Position numbers and translations under genes: made by a program. Below, in pieces: positions 25,095-38,645 of a stretch of 64,000 nucleotides of DNA (position 1 is its first letter; the number at the start of each line of letters is the position of its first letter). Origin of the DNA: Octopus sinensis (taxonomy: Eukaryota); contig NC_042998.1 of assembly GCF_006345805.1 (NCBI RefSeq), positions 162,502,001-162,566,000 on the forward strand, given 5' to 3'. The notes under the pieces were generated by a model. That model saw only the letters and a program-made list of their open reading frames with translations. It was not told the DNA's origin and made no database searches.

Positions 25095-26920
25095 CAGAGT
25101 AAATTTTGTTTATATTATATGTAGATTTTAACATATAGCCTGGGTTGCACATACATACAGTAAACTGTCTACATTCACAAATAGAATATCTATTCGAGGT
25201 AGTTGGTTAAAACCAGTTGATAAGAGATCCAGTTCTTTCAAATCCAGTTTGTAAAGAAAAGTGAAATTAACAATGTAAAGTGCTTAGTTTTGGTATCTTT
25301 GCTATAAAAAGATTTTTATTGAAGTTTGGGGTTAAATAATCAGAATATTTGTGAACAAGATGTCCTGTTCGAATGTTCAGTCATGATTAGGAGCTTGAGG
25401 TAAAAATTACCAATCCATTCCAAGCAGAAAAGTTAAGACCCCAGCATGACTTCTAAACCCAAAATATCAAGCAAATTCAATTCCTGTTTGCAACTAAGGT
25501 TTTAGAATGGTCAGTTTTTATTAGATTATTTTTTAAAATTCTTTCCCTTTATTTATTTAGTCAAGCTGTTTTACTTCCAATTTCTTTTACTGGTATAGAT
25601 TGAATAAGTCTGTAAACTGAGTTAAAGAACCACTGAAATAATTGTAGAGCCAAAATAACTGATGAAAGAATAATAGAGATTACCTAACACCTGTGTCTTC
25701 TGCAGCTTGTATCAAATGAATATCATGATATCAGGTTAGTGCACCCTGATAAGTAAAGATTTCAATCATGGACTGTATCTGCAGGAAGGATTGGGGTTTT
25801 TAAGTCAGTAATTAAAACTTTAGATGCTCCACATAACAGTTGATAGACTTTTGTACATTTGCTTAAAAAGTATGATTCTTAAAGCATGTTGTGCATCTAT
25901 GGTAAAAAGATATAAAATTTAAATGAATTACGACATATATTTTCTCCTATCATTTGGAACCTGTTAAAAATGATGTTAAGCAATAAAAAAAAATACACTA
26001 TTGATTTTGTATTGAATTAACTGTTGTTTTTGTCTGAATTTCAAAACTTTCAAAAAATATTGTGTAAATGGAAAATAAATAAGCCTAAAGGCTTACAGAT
26101 GAAGCTTATGGACTTCTTATAAGCAGTTACATTATTATGCACTTCTATCTCCAGATATTAACAATTACTGAAAGTAGAGTTATCAAAAAGTCAACAAAAG
26201 TAGGCCAAGTGATTGGTTTTTCTTAGGGTTTCAATTCTACAAGTATTAAAGATCTAACAAAATGAAATGGATGTTTACCTATGTACTACTTGAGCTTTTC
26301 TGTTAAAGAAAATCTAAGTGACTAGTACAATCTCATTTCTGTTCTAGTTTGAATTATAATGTAAAATTGCAAATTCCTCCAAGTACATCTTAAGAGCTAG
26401 TATCATACAAAGGATGGAAAATAAGTCTTGCCCTTAACATATATGACATCACTCAATTCCAGATGATCTACTTACATTAGAGTAAAGTGTACACATCAAA
26501 ATTTCATACATACACACACATACACACACATACACACACACACACACATGAATAAGCTAACTTGAAATAACCATAGAGTTCGAATGCTCAAATTCTTTAT
26601 TCTTCTTTTTATAATACTATACACTTTATGTATGTATATATGTTACAATGAAAACTGCAGACACATGGAGGTTAATATTCTTCAGTTATTAAACCTGGAA
26701 AAGTACAGTAAAAATTATTACACCTGCAAAAGCACAGGACAAGCATATTTATACTTAAAATATTGCAGCTATAATCGTAATTTTAAAATATATTCAGATT
26801 AAAAAACTAAAAATAATAGCTTATATTAGCTACTCTATAACAATTAAGAAATTTACTCAAATAATAAATTTAAGGCTAACAGTTAGCAAAAAGTAAAAAG
26901 AATTTCAGTAGTCCCATTCT

Positions 26921-27321
26921 CTTATTCTTTTATTCTTTTACTTGTTTCAGTCATTTGACTGTGGCCATGCTGGGGTATCACCTTCAGTTGAACAAATCAA
27001 CCCCAGAACTTATTCTTTGTAGTACATATTCTATCGGTCTCTTTTGCTGAACCGCTAAGTTACAGGGATGTTAACACTCCAAAAACAATTATCAAGCGAT
27101 GGGGTGGGGGGACAAACACAGACACATGCACACACATATATATATATGTGTGTGTGTGATAGGCTTCTTTCAGTTTCCATCTGTTAAATCCATTCACAAG
27201 GCTTTGGTTGGCCTGAGGCTATAGTAGAAGATACTTGCCTAAGATTCCATGCAGTGGGACTGAATGCAGAACCATGTGGTTGGCAAGCAAGCTTCTCACC
27301 ACACAGCCATGCCTGCACCCA
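26921..27321 (-). mobile_element. SINE family A, full length
   Basis: Both head and tail modules are present in reverse complement. Confidence 0.88.
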
Positions 27322-27702
27322 TTAAAATGTCTTTTCAATTACAAGTTTTTAAGAACTACTAACAGTTCTTTAGTATTCAACTGAAATTCCTTTTTTGCTC
27401 ATCTTTTTGATAAAAATTGGCAAACTATAATTCATTGATAAAGATACCACAAGGTTGATCTGGAAATTTCAAAAAAGGGTAGTTCAGTTGCTACTTTTAT
27501 GATGTGGTTGAGGCTTAGGGGAGGGTACAGTGATATTTTCTGGAGAGCAGGGTACTCTTCCTAATAAAAATTTACTTGGTGGTGGTTAGTATACTACCAT
27601 ATAAAGAATTCTTCTTGGCAAGGGGTTGCATAGCTCAAATGGTATGGAATGTCGGGGGAGATAAATCCCTCAATATACCCACTCCATATAGATATGGGAG
27701 TA

Positions 27703-27932
27703 CAGTAATCCCTCGACTATCGTGGGTGTAACATTCCAAAATCTCTCACTATAGGTGAAAATCTGTGAAGTAAAAACAGTACTGTATAGTTTTAAATTAT
27801 TTTTATAATTTGCATATATTTATTTTATTATAAATGCAAAACAACACCACTGAGGAATTGACATAAGCTTAAATAATAAACCACGATAGGTGAACCATGA
27901 TAGGTAAACCACAATGTGACAAGGGAGTATTG
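27703..27932. mobile_element. pogo/Tigger-like MITE
   Basis: TA|CAGTAATCCCTCG...CAAGGGAGTATTG|TA: imperfect TIRs with a TA duplication. Confidence 0.65.
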
Positions 27933-28202
27933 TATTTAAAAACTTGTAACTGAAAAAACATTTTTAATGGGGTTATTGAAATAAAAAAATTTTTTGCTAA
28001 TTTTTACCTTAAATCTATTATTTGAGTTAATTTTTTAATTATAGAGTAACTAATAAAAGCTATTATTTCTAATTTTTAAATCTAAATATATTTTAAAATT
28101 TTAACCGTAGCTGCAATATTTTAAGTATAAATATGCTTGTCCTGTACTTTTGCAGGGGTAAAAACTGTCCTTTACTTTTCCAGGTTGAATAACTTAAGAA
28201 TA

Positions 28203-28540
28203 TTAACCTCCATCATCATCATCATCATTATCATCATCGTTTAATGTCCGTTTTCTGCGCTAGCACAGGTTGGACGGTTCGGCCGGGGTCTGGGAAGCCA
28301 GGGGCTGCACCAGGCTCCAGTATGATCTGGCAGAGTTTCTACAGCTGGATGCCCTTCCTAACGCCAACCACTCCGCGAGTGTAGTGGGTGCTTTTTACGT
28401 GCCACCTGCACAGGTGCCAGGGGAGTCCGGCATTGGCCACGATCGGTTGGTGCTTTTAACATGCCACCGGCATGGAAGCCAGCCAAGGCGGCGCTGGCAT
28501 TGGCCATGTTCGGATGGTGCTTTTTATGTGCCGTGTCTGC
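28203..28540 (-). mobile_element. SINE family D, young CpG-rich copy
   Basis: (ATC)n tail then GTTTAATGTCCGTTTTC...GGATGCCCTTCCTAACGCCAACC...; it retains many CpGs and has internal tandem subrepeats. Confidence 0.88.
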
Positions 28541-28647
28541 ATTTTTCATTGTAATCCACATTTTTCAAGGCAATGCAATTGAACTAACAAATAGTGACAA
28601 TTAATAATTTGTAATTTTATTTGATTAAAAAATTTTCATTTTATTTA

Positions 28648-28679
<32 letters not shown>

Positions 28680-28683
<4 letters not shown>

Positions 28684-29830
28684 CCAAGCCTATTCCCCAT
28701 TTTGCCACAAGAAACACACTGGGCATTCCATTCATTTCCCAGCTCAAAGAGGTGATCCCCATCCTATGCTCAGGTCAAGGCATGGAATGCAGCCCCCAAT
28801 ATCAACAGCAGTGCCCAACAGCATATGCTGGTTTACTCCCACCACATTATGCAGATTCCATACTCCTCTGAGCAACATCAAGTTCACTCATCTGTCCCCG
28901 AACACTCTCCAAGCTTTCCTATCATTTATAAACTTCTTTGCCTCTCTCATTTCATTGCCTCTAACCATTAAAGCTTTCCCTTCTCCATCCATCCACACAA
29001 ACCAAGGTCTGCATCTGGTTCAGCTGCCTACCACTTCTGCCTTCATCACCTCACTTACCAGCTGCTCCTCACTCAACCTCTCCATGTGCGAAACCACCTC
29101 CACATTCATCTATCCATTTTGGTTGTTAGGTTTGCTCTCATTCCTGCTCACCTTTACACCTCCTCATTCTTCATACTGTCCATCCATGTCACACCAACCA
29201 TAGCCCTCAAACATCTCATCTCAAACACGTCTACTCCCCTCCTTTCCGCCCCTCTCAGCTCCCACATCATGTAACATTGTCGACACAATCACACCCTCAT
29301 ACACACCTCTTTTCACCTTCATACTCAACTTTTTATCTCTCAGCATACCTTTCGCAACTCGAAGTATCTTACTCCCCTCCCTCACTCTATATCCCACTTT
29401 TTCCATGCCACATTTGATCCCAGATACTTAAAAATACTCACCTTTTCTAATATCTCACCATTTATACTCACATCCTTCTTACCAGCCATTCCATCTCTCA
29501 AACATCTCATCACCTTACTCTTAGCTACATTCACTTTCAGTTTCCTCCTCTCACACGCTCTTCCAAACTCTACCACCAGTCTCCTCAATTGCTTTTCTGA
29601 ATTCAACACCAGCAAAAAACAACAACTGACTGACCTGCCATTTCTCTCCATTTTCTCCCAACATTTGGGCTCCTCTATCAAAGGTTTTAGCATTCACTTC
29701 TCTCACCACCCCATCCATATATAAATTAAACAGCCACGGAGATATCACACAACCCTATCTTAACTCTTCCTTCACATCAAACTACTCACTCACTTCACCA
29801 CCCACCCTAACACATGCCCTACTTTCTCTA
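28680..29830 (-). mobile_element. RTE-clade LINE reverse transcriptase 3' fragment, pseudogenised
   Basis: Minus strand gives ACVRVGGEVSE*FDVK..LR*GCVISPWLFNLYMDGVVREV, VSQLLF (degenerate ADD), RKLKVNVAKSKVMRC and NGEILEKVSIFKYLGS, with several frameshifts. Confidence 0.9.
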
Positions 29831-30061
29831 TTATTTTTAGACTGACATTGTAGGATTGGTGTGAGAAGTTGAATCTAGCCATTTTCAACATAAAACAAAT
29901 GGAATATTTAGGCTGGATATGGCTGGTTTAAATGCACCTTATTAAATGCACCTTATTTGCAGTCAAATATTGTACAAAAGTAAAACTTTTCTCTGATTAC
30001 TTTCCTTTATTTCCAAAGTCTTTTTCTATCATTACCTAAATTTCCACTAATCATAATATAG

Positions 30062-30226
30062 TAGAGGGCGGCATAGGCACGATCCCAGCGATATTTTGAA
30101 GGGTGGGCACAAGGTCAGATGGGCATACAATTCCAGGAGAAAAGGACATAACATTATTTAGAAGGACAACACTTCTTTTCTTGAGGTGGGCACATACCCC
30201 TCAGGCCTCACCTTAGGTCCACCCCT
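30062..30226. mobile_element. Possible small hAT-like MITE
   Basis: GC-rich ends AGAGGGCGG...TAGG and CCTTAGGTCCACCCCTG are imperfect inverted repeats in AT-rich flanks. Confidence 0.4.
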
Positions 30227-31374
30227 GGCGTATAGAACTTTTTATTTGCAAATTTAAACTGTGTTGTCTCTCAGGTAATAAACTATATATAATAAAATAG
30301 TCCGGCAGATACAATTCAATGATTTATAAAGAAATTCAATGACAAATACTGAAAACACTATTGGACAGATACTTCACGTGTAAAAATAAACTCATATGAT
30401 CCTTGAACATAAATAAATCTTACATATATATATATATATATTCAAAAACAATAACCAGACAATTGACTGATTTTTCTTAAAAAGAGAGGGAAAGTGAAGG
30501 AACAAAGAATATAAATGTCTTTTTATTAAATAAACACTTGACTGCACATGAAGAGCAATTGATCTAATATAATACAAAATAATAGACCACCATGAGAAAG
30601 AAAGATTCAACAAATGGCAGCTTGCTCCATAAAGTCAGGGTTGACAATTCATCAGCAATATCAGTAATTTATCATAATTTGTTCTTTGTGTACATATGTT
30701 GATTTATCTAAGCTTATAACCAATAAACAGTCAAAGTGTACCTGACTATTGACTTAACCTTGACAGTCAATACATTTAATGGGGTTAGCTGCTGATGTCT
30801 GTGTGCTTTCTACATGTATCTGCTTATGATAGGATCTATAAATGTGTGTGGTGTGTCTATTCGTGTGCGTGTGAGTATGTCATAGTGTGTGTGTGTGCGT
30901 GCTTTGCTTTATATATGTTATGTGTGTTTTACGTGTGTTTTTATGTGTGTAACGTGTAATTTTTGGTATATGCATGTATATCTGTCTTTCTGTGTGTATG
31001 TCTGAAGAAAATGTACAGCATTAAAACAAAATTTCCTCCATCAAATCTAAAGAAAAATATATATGGAAAGTTCAAAGATTTTGATTTTTTCCATTGTAGT
31101 AATACTGACCACACATACACATATACACATTTATATCATATATATTCGTACATACAGGAGCAGGATTTGATAGACATACAAATATATACACAAATACACA
31201 CACAACATAATTGTATATATAGACACGTGAATTACACCCATTCATATTCTTGAAGAACAAAATACAAAGACTATATAGAATTATACATAAACATGCATAC
31301 CAGAATATGTACATATGCATACGCTCGTACAGCACACATATACTTTTGTCACTTTTGTAGGCACTGATGCAAAC

Positions 31375-31417
<43 letters not shown>

Positions 31418-31705
31418 TATATATTTACATACATATATATATATAACACACACATATATGTATGTATGTCTGCATATGCATAGTGACGGAAAAAATATAC
31501 ATGTATAGATTATATTGCTCTTTTGTGTATGGCTACTTAACCCATGTACTAAAGCTTAAAAATATTTACATTCGTGTAAATTATATGCATAAATATACAC
31601 ACACTTAAAGACACATATGCACCCACATACATGCATGCATATATAATGATATATTTAAGATACATATCATTTAATGTAAGGTGTGTCTATGTGTATGTAT
31701 GTGTG

Positions 31706-31741
<36 letters not shown>

Positions 31742-32123
31742 TGTATGTATGTATGTATGTATGTATGTATATATGCATGTATGTGTTTGTATGTATGTAT
31801 GCATGTGTGTGTAAGAAAGTGAGAGAGGAGAGGCTGGGTGGAGAGTGACAGGCAGGAAATATAAAGGAACTCTGTTGAGTATATAAACATTAATACAAAT
31901 AGTTAATTCTATATTCTCTGTTTCCTCTAGTACACACACACACACACACACACACAAGTACACACAAACACACACATAACCACATATAGTAGATGCATTT
32001 CAACATTCATACATACTAGAGAGTATATAATTCAAATATGGCACTAGAAATAATTAACAAATATTGAAAATAAACATTCATATATATATAAGTATTTGCA
32101 TATACATACACACACATACATAC

Positions 32124-32181
<58 letters not shown>

Positions 32182-32794
32182 TGTTTATGCATGTATGTGG
32201 ATATATACAAATATATATGAATATTTATGATAACAGTATATATATGTATATACTCACGAACACAGACACTGTTATGAAACACAGGAGTATATAAACAAAG
32301 GTAGACATAAATATGTTTATTTTATACATGTTATTATACGTCTGCATGTGGATGTATTTGGACGTGCATGTGTGCACACTTCTAGAGTGTCATTGAATCT
32401 CCTACCACCCCTTCCCCATACACACACACAGGCACACACCCACACACAATTGTGCACACACACACACACGCACACACACACACACATACAAACACTCATA
32501 TACACAATTCACAGCCTTCTTCCACTCCCTCTCACCATTTGCCAGTCTCTGAGGTCACTCGGTGCAATTCATTAGCAACACTGAAGTTATTAAGTGCTAT
32601 TCATTAGCAACACCTGGCACCGTCCTCTTCCTGCTTTCAAATCCAATAACCAAAAAAAAAAAAAACAGAAAAAAATATCTGTTTTATTTCAGCCAGGAAG
32701 TATTATGGTTATGTTGTGATATCGGCACTGTGGACAAGGCTTATTTCCGCTTGTTCACCTGTTTTATTCAAGGTTTCATCTAATCCTAACCAAC

Positions 32795-32955
<161 letters not shown>

Positions 32956-33374
32956 AGTCAGTCTTTTCTTTCTCACCTTTACTTTTCTCTACCTCGACAC
33001 TAGATGAATTACCTAATTATCCCCACCACCTCTGCCTTCCCGCATGCCTAACCTGCTGCTGATTCATTTTCATTAACAACCAACAGTTTAGCATTGATTG
33101 TTTCAATAGTTTTTCTTTCTTCCTTCCATTCTTTCTTTTTTTTTTTGTTTTTACAGTCATTCATGAACCTACAAAAAGGTTTGATAATGAAAAAAAAACA
33201 AAAGAATTGCTACCAAAAGCATCCCAGAAAAAAAAATCAAAGAAAAGGTGTTATTTTAAAGGTCTTTGCTTGTGGTTAGTGATGTTGCTGTTTTTATTCC
33301 CAGGTCAGTTCTGATTGAACAAAAGCATTTGATCAAAGGCATTCCAGCCATGAATGGGCATCCAGTTTTCTACT

Positions 33375-33605
33375 TACATATGGTAAGGTTGTTTATGGAA
33401 TACTAACAGTCACCCATGTATACCAGCCTCTCTTCTCTACACCACCGATGTTTCTAATGGAAAGGCAAAGCCCAATAAAACTTGGCACCATTGATGTCAC
33501 AACTCATTTCTACAGCTGAGTGAAGTAGAGCAATGTGAAATAAAGTGTCTTGCTCAAGAACACAACAGGAATTGAACTCACTACCACATGATTGTGAGCC
33601 TACCT
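33375..33605 (-). mobile_element. SINE family C head with tail type 2
   Basis: Shares CATTTCTACAGCTGAGTG...GTCTTGCTCAAG with family C, but its tail matches 63300-63440 rather than 3640-3803. Confidence 0.75.
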
Positions 33606-33782
33606 GCCTGTAGTTAATGTAATCAGTAAACTGTAATTAACCTAGTTGCCTTATAGAATCAATAGCTAAATCAATTTTAGTATGGATATTGGAAACTCTC
33701 AGTTTTGTAGCAGTTGCTACCAAATTCTACAGATGTAAGTACCAAATTCTACAGCTATTGTTGCCAAGTTATGTGACACTCA

Positions 33783-33862
33783 ATACTACTAACCTCAAGA
33801 TTCTGAGTTTGATTGAAGGCAGTGACCTGAATAATAATAATAATAATATAATAATAATAATA

Positions 33863-33900
<38 letters not shown>

Positions 33901-34109
33901 TTAATAATAATAATAACAACAATAATAACAACAACATCGAAAAATACCTTGGGAATGAGAACCCAGGTTCAAAATTTCCCCAAGACACCTGATGAAGGCT
34001 GGAGGGTATATCAGCCAAAACGTTGTGTTAACAACAAACAAGATGAGGACAAATATCCGTCGAATGTAAATAATGTACATAATTCCTCATCTCGTAAATA
34101 TAGAACTGT
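33783..34109 (+). mobile_element. tRNA-head/(AAT)n/HHR-tail SINE (family H), 5' truncated
   Basis: CTCAAGATTCTGAGTTTGAT...GTGACCTG-(AAT)n-...GACAC CTGATGA A GGCTG GAGGGTATAT CAGCC AAA ACGT T GTGTT...AAATATAGAACTG; homologous to 41410-41709 and 62196-62520. Confidence 0.85.
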
Positions 34110-34654
34110 AGAAAATTTCCGTTCTGTGGTTGGAGGTACTAAATTCTAAGGATCAAGTTCTATAACTGTTGATATCAAATTCTGGGTTGATGGTATCAAA
34201 TTTTCTGACTGATCATACAAAATTAGCAAATGTGTTTTCATTTCTTTTCATTTATAAAAGGTAAAAGACGTAGTAGTGTGGTTGAGATGTATGGTGTTAC
34301 TGGTATTGGGTTCAGCCCTGCATTGCAGCAGCTTGGACAAGTGTCTTCTACTGGGCCAACCAAAGTCTTGTGAGTAGATTTGGTAAATGGAATCTGGAAG
34401 AAACTTGTCTCATGAACACACACATGTATATGTAATGAACATGTGTTTGTGTGCACCCTTGTCTAGACATCATGGGGTTGTTGTAAATTAAGCCTCAAAG
34501 CCATACAAACAAGGCTGTTAATTTCAAGACTGTCATGAAAAAACATGTTTGACCATAGGGAAAAATTACCTTGCTTGGAAAAAGATGAAGGTTGATGACA
34601 GGAATGGCATCCAGCTGTAGATGATCTGCCTCAGCAAAAGTGCACATTAAATGC

Positions 34655-35085
34655 TGCTGCTGCTGTTGAGCGAGTGGTTGCTGTTGAGCGAGCGGTCTTC
34701 ATCCCAGAGCTTGCAGTGGGAGAAGTCCGAACCAAGGTCCTTTGCTATTCGTAAGACCCGCAGAAGAGAAAGCAGGTCAACCCACTACACCGAGAGCATC
34801 GACGGATGGATGAATGCACATCCAGGCTCAGCAGTTGTGCAGGAAGTCAGGGAAAAGAAACAGGAAGAAAGAGAGAAAGTTGGGGCAAAAGACTACAACA
34901 AGGGTCGGCACCACCCCCTGCCAGAGCCTCGTGGAGCTTTAGGTGTTTTTGCTCAATAAACACACACAACGCCCGGTCTGGGAATCGAAACCACGATCCT
35001 CCGACCACGAGTCTGCTGCCCTAACCACTGGGCCATTGCTGCTCCTGCTGCTGCTGCTGCTGCTGATGATGATGATGTAGCGACT
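34655..35085 (-). mobile_element. tRNA-derived SINE family E with tail X
   Basis: Minus-strand head GCAATGGCCCAGTGGTTAGGGCAGCAGACTCG...GGTTTCGATTCCCAGACC contains A and B boxes; the head and body are shared with 49787-49965. Confidence 0.85.
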
Positions 35086-35640
35086 TTATTTTTTTCCATC
35101 ATCATCCTCACCATCATCATCGTCATTGTCATCATCATTGTCATCATCATTATTATAATTGTATTTCCTCTTCATACAGCTAAATTTTCTCATTTTTATT
35201 ACCATTTTTCCCACCACCACCATCAGCAGCAGCATTATCTCCTCCTCCATCTCTTCTTCCTGCTCATTGTCATCATCATCATCACCACCATGAATTCCCT
35301 CATCATCACCACCATGAATTCCTTCGTTATCATCATCATCTCTCCCTCCTCTTCTCCCTCCACATCATCATCATCACCACTATTAATCTCCCAATCATTA
35401 TCATCACTATCATTATCACCTCCTCCTCCTTATACTTGTCGTCATTATCATCACCATCATAAATCCCCACCTCACCATCTTCATCATCATCATCATCATC
35501 ACTACAACCACAACCTCTATCTCCCTTTCACCTCCTCCTCCTCCTCCTTCACCACCACCACCCTCTTTCTCTTCCTCCTCTTCATCTTCCTCCTCCTCCT
35601 CATCATCATCTTCCTCATCATACTAATCACCAGTTTTAAG
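35085..35640. repeat. Degenerate (CAT/CCT/CAC)n array
   Basis: Visible. Confidence 0.9.
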
Positions 35641-36029
35641 GACTTTTTTTATTTAATATTATTATACTGGCATAGTGAGATATATACATCCACTTCTCAT
35701 CAGCCATAACTTAAATTCTTACATCTTTTCACCTGTTCAGTTTAACATCATCAAATTTGATCCAATTATTTCCTTCTAAATCTCATTGTATTCATGACAC
35801 TAATAACTTTCTTCTTCTTTCCTTTCAGTCATACATTATACTCACTAGTAACTTTATTTGCAAGGTGAGTCATAAAGGTGACTTTGGTAAGACAGTCTAA
35901 TATAACTTTCGTTATCTTCTTGACTTTTACTCCTCTCTCTTTCATTTGTCCTATTATGTATCTTATTGTACCTTATTGTGTTCCTGGTACTTTTTTTCCC
36001 TAGAATCTCAGCTTTCTGGAATTCCCTCT

Positions 36030-36363
36030 CTGTAAATTCCTTTATTCTTTTATTCTTTTGTTTGTTACAGTCATTTGACTGTGGCCATGCTAGAACACCA
36101 CCTTGAAGTGTTTTAGTTGAACAAATCAACCCCAGGACTTATTCTTTTTTTAAGCCTTGTACTTATTCTGTCAGTTTCTTTGAGCACACTGCTAAGTTAT
36201 GGGGGTGTAAACACACCAACACCAGTAGTCAATCAGTGATGGGGGATAAACACAAGCACAATGACACACACACGTCTTTGTGGGACTAAATTTGGAACCA
36301 TGTGGTTGGGAAGCAAGCTTCTAACCACACAGTCACACCTGCACCTTAAAGAAAAGATAAATG

Positions 36364-36438
<75 letters not shown>

Positions 36439-36600
36439 CAGGCATCATTCAGTTTTTGTCTACCAAATCCATTCACTAAGTTTTGGTTGACCCGAGGTTA
36501 TAGCAGAAAACACTTGACCAAGGTGCCACACGGTGGGACTGAATCCAGAACCATGTGGTTGGAAAGCAAGCTTCTTACCATACAGCCATGCCTGTGCCTA
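36030..36600 (-). mobile_element. Two minus-strand SINE family A copies
   Basis: Tail and partial head at 36030-36340; 5' half at 36436-36600. Confidence 0.8.
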
Positions 36601-36803
36601 AAAATAGTAGCTTCCAACGATTTTTGAACTCACAACCTTCTGTGTGTTGAGGATGTTGAATTACAACCATTTAAAGACAGATTTTAATGATATTAATGTT
36701 ACTAGCGACAGGGGGCATGTGAAGGCCATACAGTCACAGCTTTTATTCATTAATTAATTGATTTATTTATTTTTACTGGACCATACTAATATATAAAAAG
36801 ACC

Positions 36804-37170
36804 CAAGTGTAGCTGTGTGGTAAGAAGTTTGCTTCCCAACCATATGATTCAGGGTTCAGTCCCACTTTGTGGCACCTTGGGGAATTGTTTTCTACTATAG
36901 CCTCAAGCTGACCAAAGTCTTTTGAGTGGATTTGAAACTGAAAGAAATGGAGGAAACTAAAAGAAGCCAATCCTACATACACACACACACCCACAAATAG
37001 TGTGTGTGTGTGTGTGTGTTGTCCCCCATGACTGCTTGGCAACCAGTGTAGGTGTGTTTATATTCTCATAACTTATTGATTAGGCAAAAGAAAAAGATAC
37101 AAAAAGTACCAGGCTTTAAAAAAAATAAGAACTAGAATCACTTCATTGAACTAAAGATTCTTCAAGGTAT
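36804..37170 (+). mobile_element. SINE family A
   Basis: Head GTAGCTGTGTGGTAAGAAGTTTGCTTCCCAACC, oriented opposite to the copy ending at 36600. Confidence 0.82.
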
Positions 37171-37826
37171 TTGAAAATGAGTAAGGGCATTGACATTAGG
37201 AAGGGATTTCCTACCCTGGAATAATAACCTCAAGAAGTCTTGTTTAACTGATGCCAGCACGAAAAAGTAGTTATAAAAATGATGGTGGTATCAATATGCC
37301 TGGATCAGTAAGAAACTGAAAAAAATAACACTGCAACCAGTGATAATCTCTATTCCATCATCATCGTCATCATCATCACAATAAACATCATTGTCATTTA
37401 ATGTCCTTTTTGGCAGGAACCAATGACAGAGGACTGCACCAAGATCCAGTGTCGCCTTTGTCATAGTTTCTACAGTTGGGTGCCCTTCCTAACTCCAACT
37501 ACTTTTCAGAATAAACTGAGTACTTTTTCCTTGGCACTAGCACTAAGTGGGGTCACCAAGTAACTCCCAAGACAAGACCCACTCTGCTCAACTAAGCAGG
37601 GTATAATTTTTAAGAAGGCAGCAGTATCATAGAGGAAAATATGGTTGTGTCTTGCTGAAGAGGTGAATACCATGGCTTCCCATGTTTCCGAGTGCATATC
37701 ATTAGATTTGAAAATAAATTTTGGCAAGATTATATCATGATGGCAAAAGAACAAAACAATAACTCTCAAAGAATATATTATCTCTTGTGGGTGCATAGAA
37801 TTACGTTTTTATATCTAAAATATATA

Positions 37827-38147
37827 TGGCACTCCGTTGGTTACGGTGATGAGGGTTCCAGTTGATCTGATCAATGGAACAGCCTGCTCATGAATTTAAC
37901 ATGTAAATGGTTGAGCATTCCACAAGCACATGTACCCTTCACGTAGTTCTCAAGGAGATTTAGCATGATACAGAATGCGATGAGGTGGGCCCTTTGAATA
38001 TAAGTACTACTCATTTTCGGCAGCTGAGTGGACTGGAGCAATGTGAAATAAAGAGTTTTGCTCAAGGACACAATGCATCACTGGGAATTGAACTCATGAC
38101 CTTATAATCATGAGCCAAATACCTTAACCACGAAGCCACATGCCTTC
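37827..38147 (-). mobile_element. SINE family C, full length, tail type 1
   Basis: Reverse complement of the 51309-51631 module. Confidence 0.88.
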
Positions 38148-38227
38148 ACACTGCTTACTGTATAACCTAGTAATATGTCTAGTATAAGTGAAATGGTATC
38201 AACCCAGAAATATTAAGTGTATGAGGA

Positions 38228-38645
38228 CTTTACCTTTTATCTTTTACTTGTTTTAGTTATCAAATAGTGGCCATGCTGGGGCACCATATTAAAGAATTTT
38301 TATCAAACAAGTTGATTCTAAGGTTTGTATTCTTTAAAGCCAGATACTTATTCTATTGGTTTCTTTTGCTGAACCACTAAGTTACGGGGACATAAACGCA
38401 CCAATACTGGTTGTCAAACAGTTGTAAGGGACAAACACACACACATATGCATATATACTATGGGCTTCTTTCAGTTTCTGTCTACAAAAAATCCACTCAC
38501 AGGGCTTTGGTCAGCCTGAAGCTATAGTAGAAGACACTTGCCGAAGATGCCACGCAATGGGACTGAACCTGGAACCATGTGGCTGGGAAGCTTCTTACCA
38601 CACAGCCATAACCACATCTTATCACACAGCCATGCCAGCACCTAT
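38228..38645 (-). mobile_element. SINE family A, full length
   Basis: Tail, (CA)n spacer and head are present in reverse complement. Confidence 0.87.
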
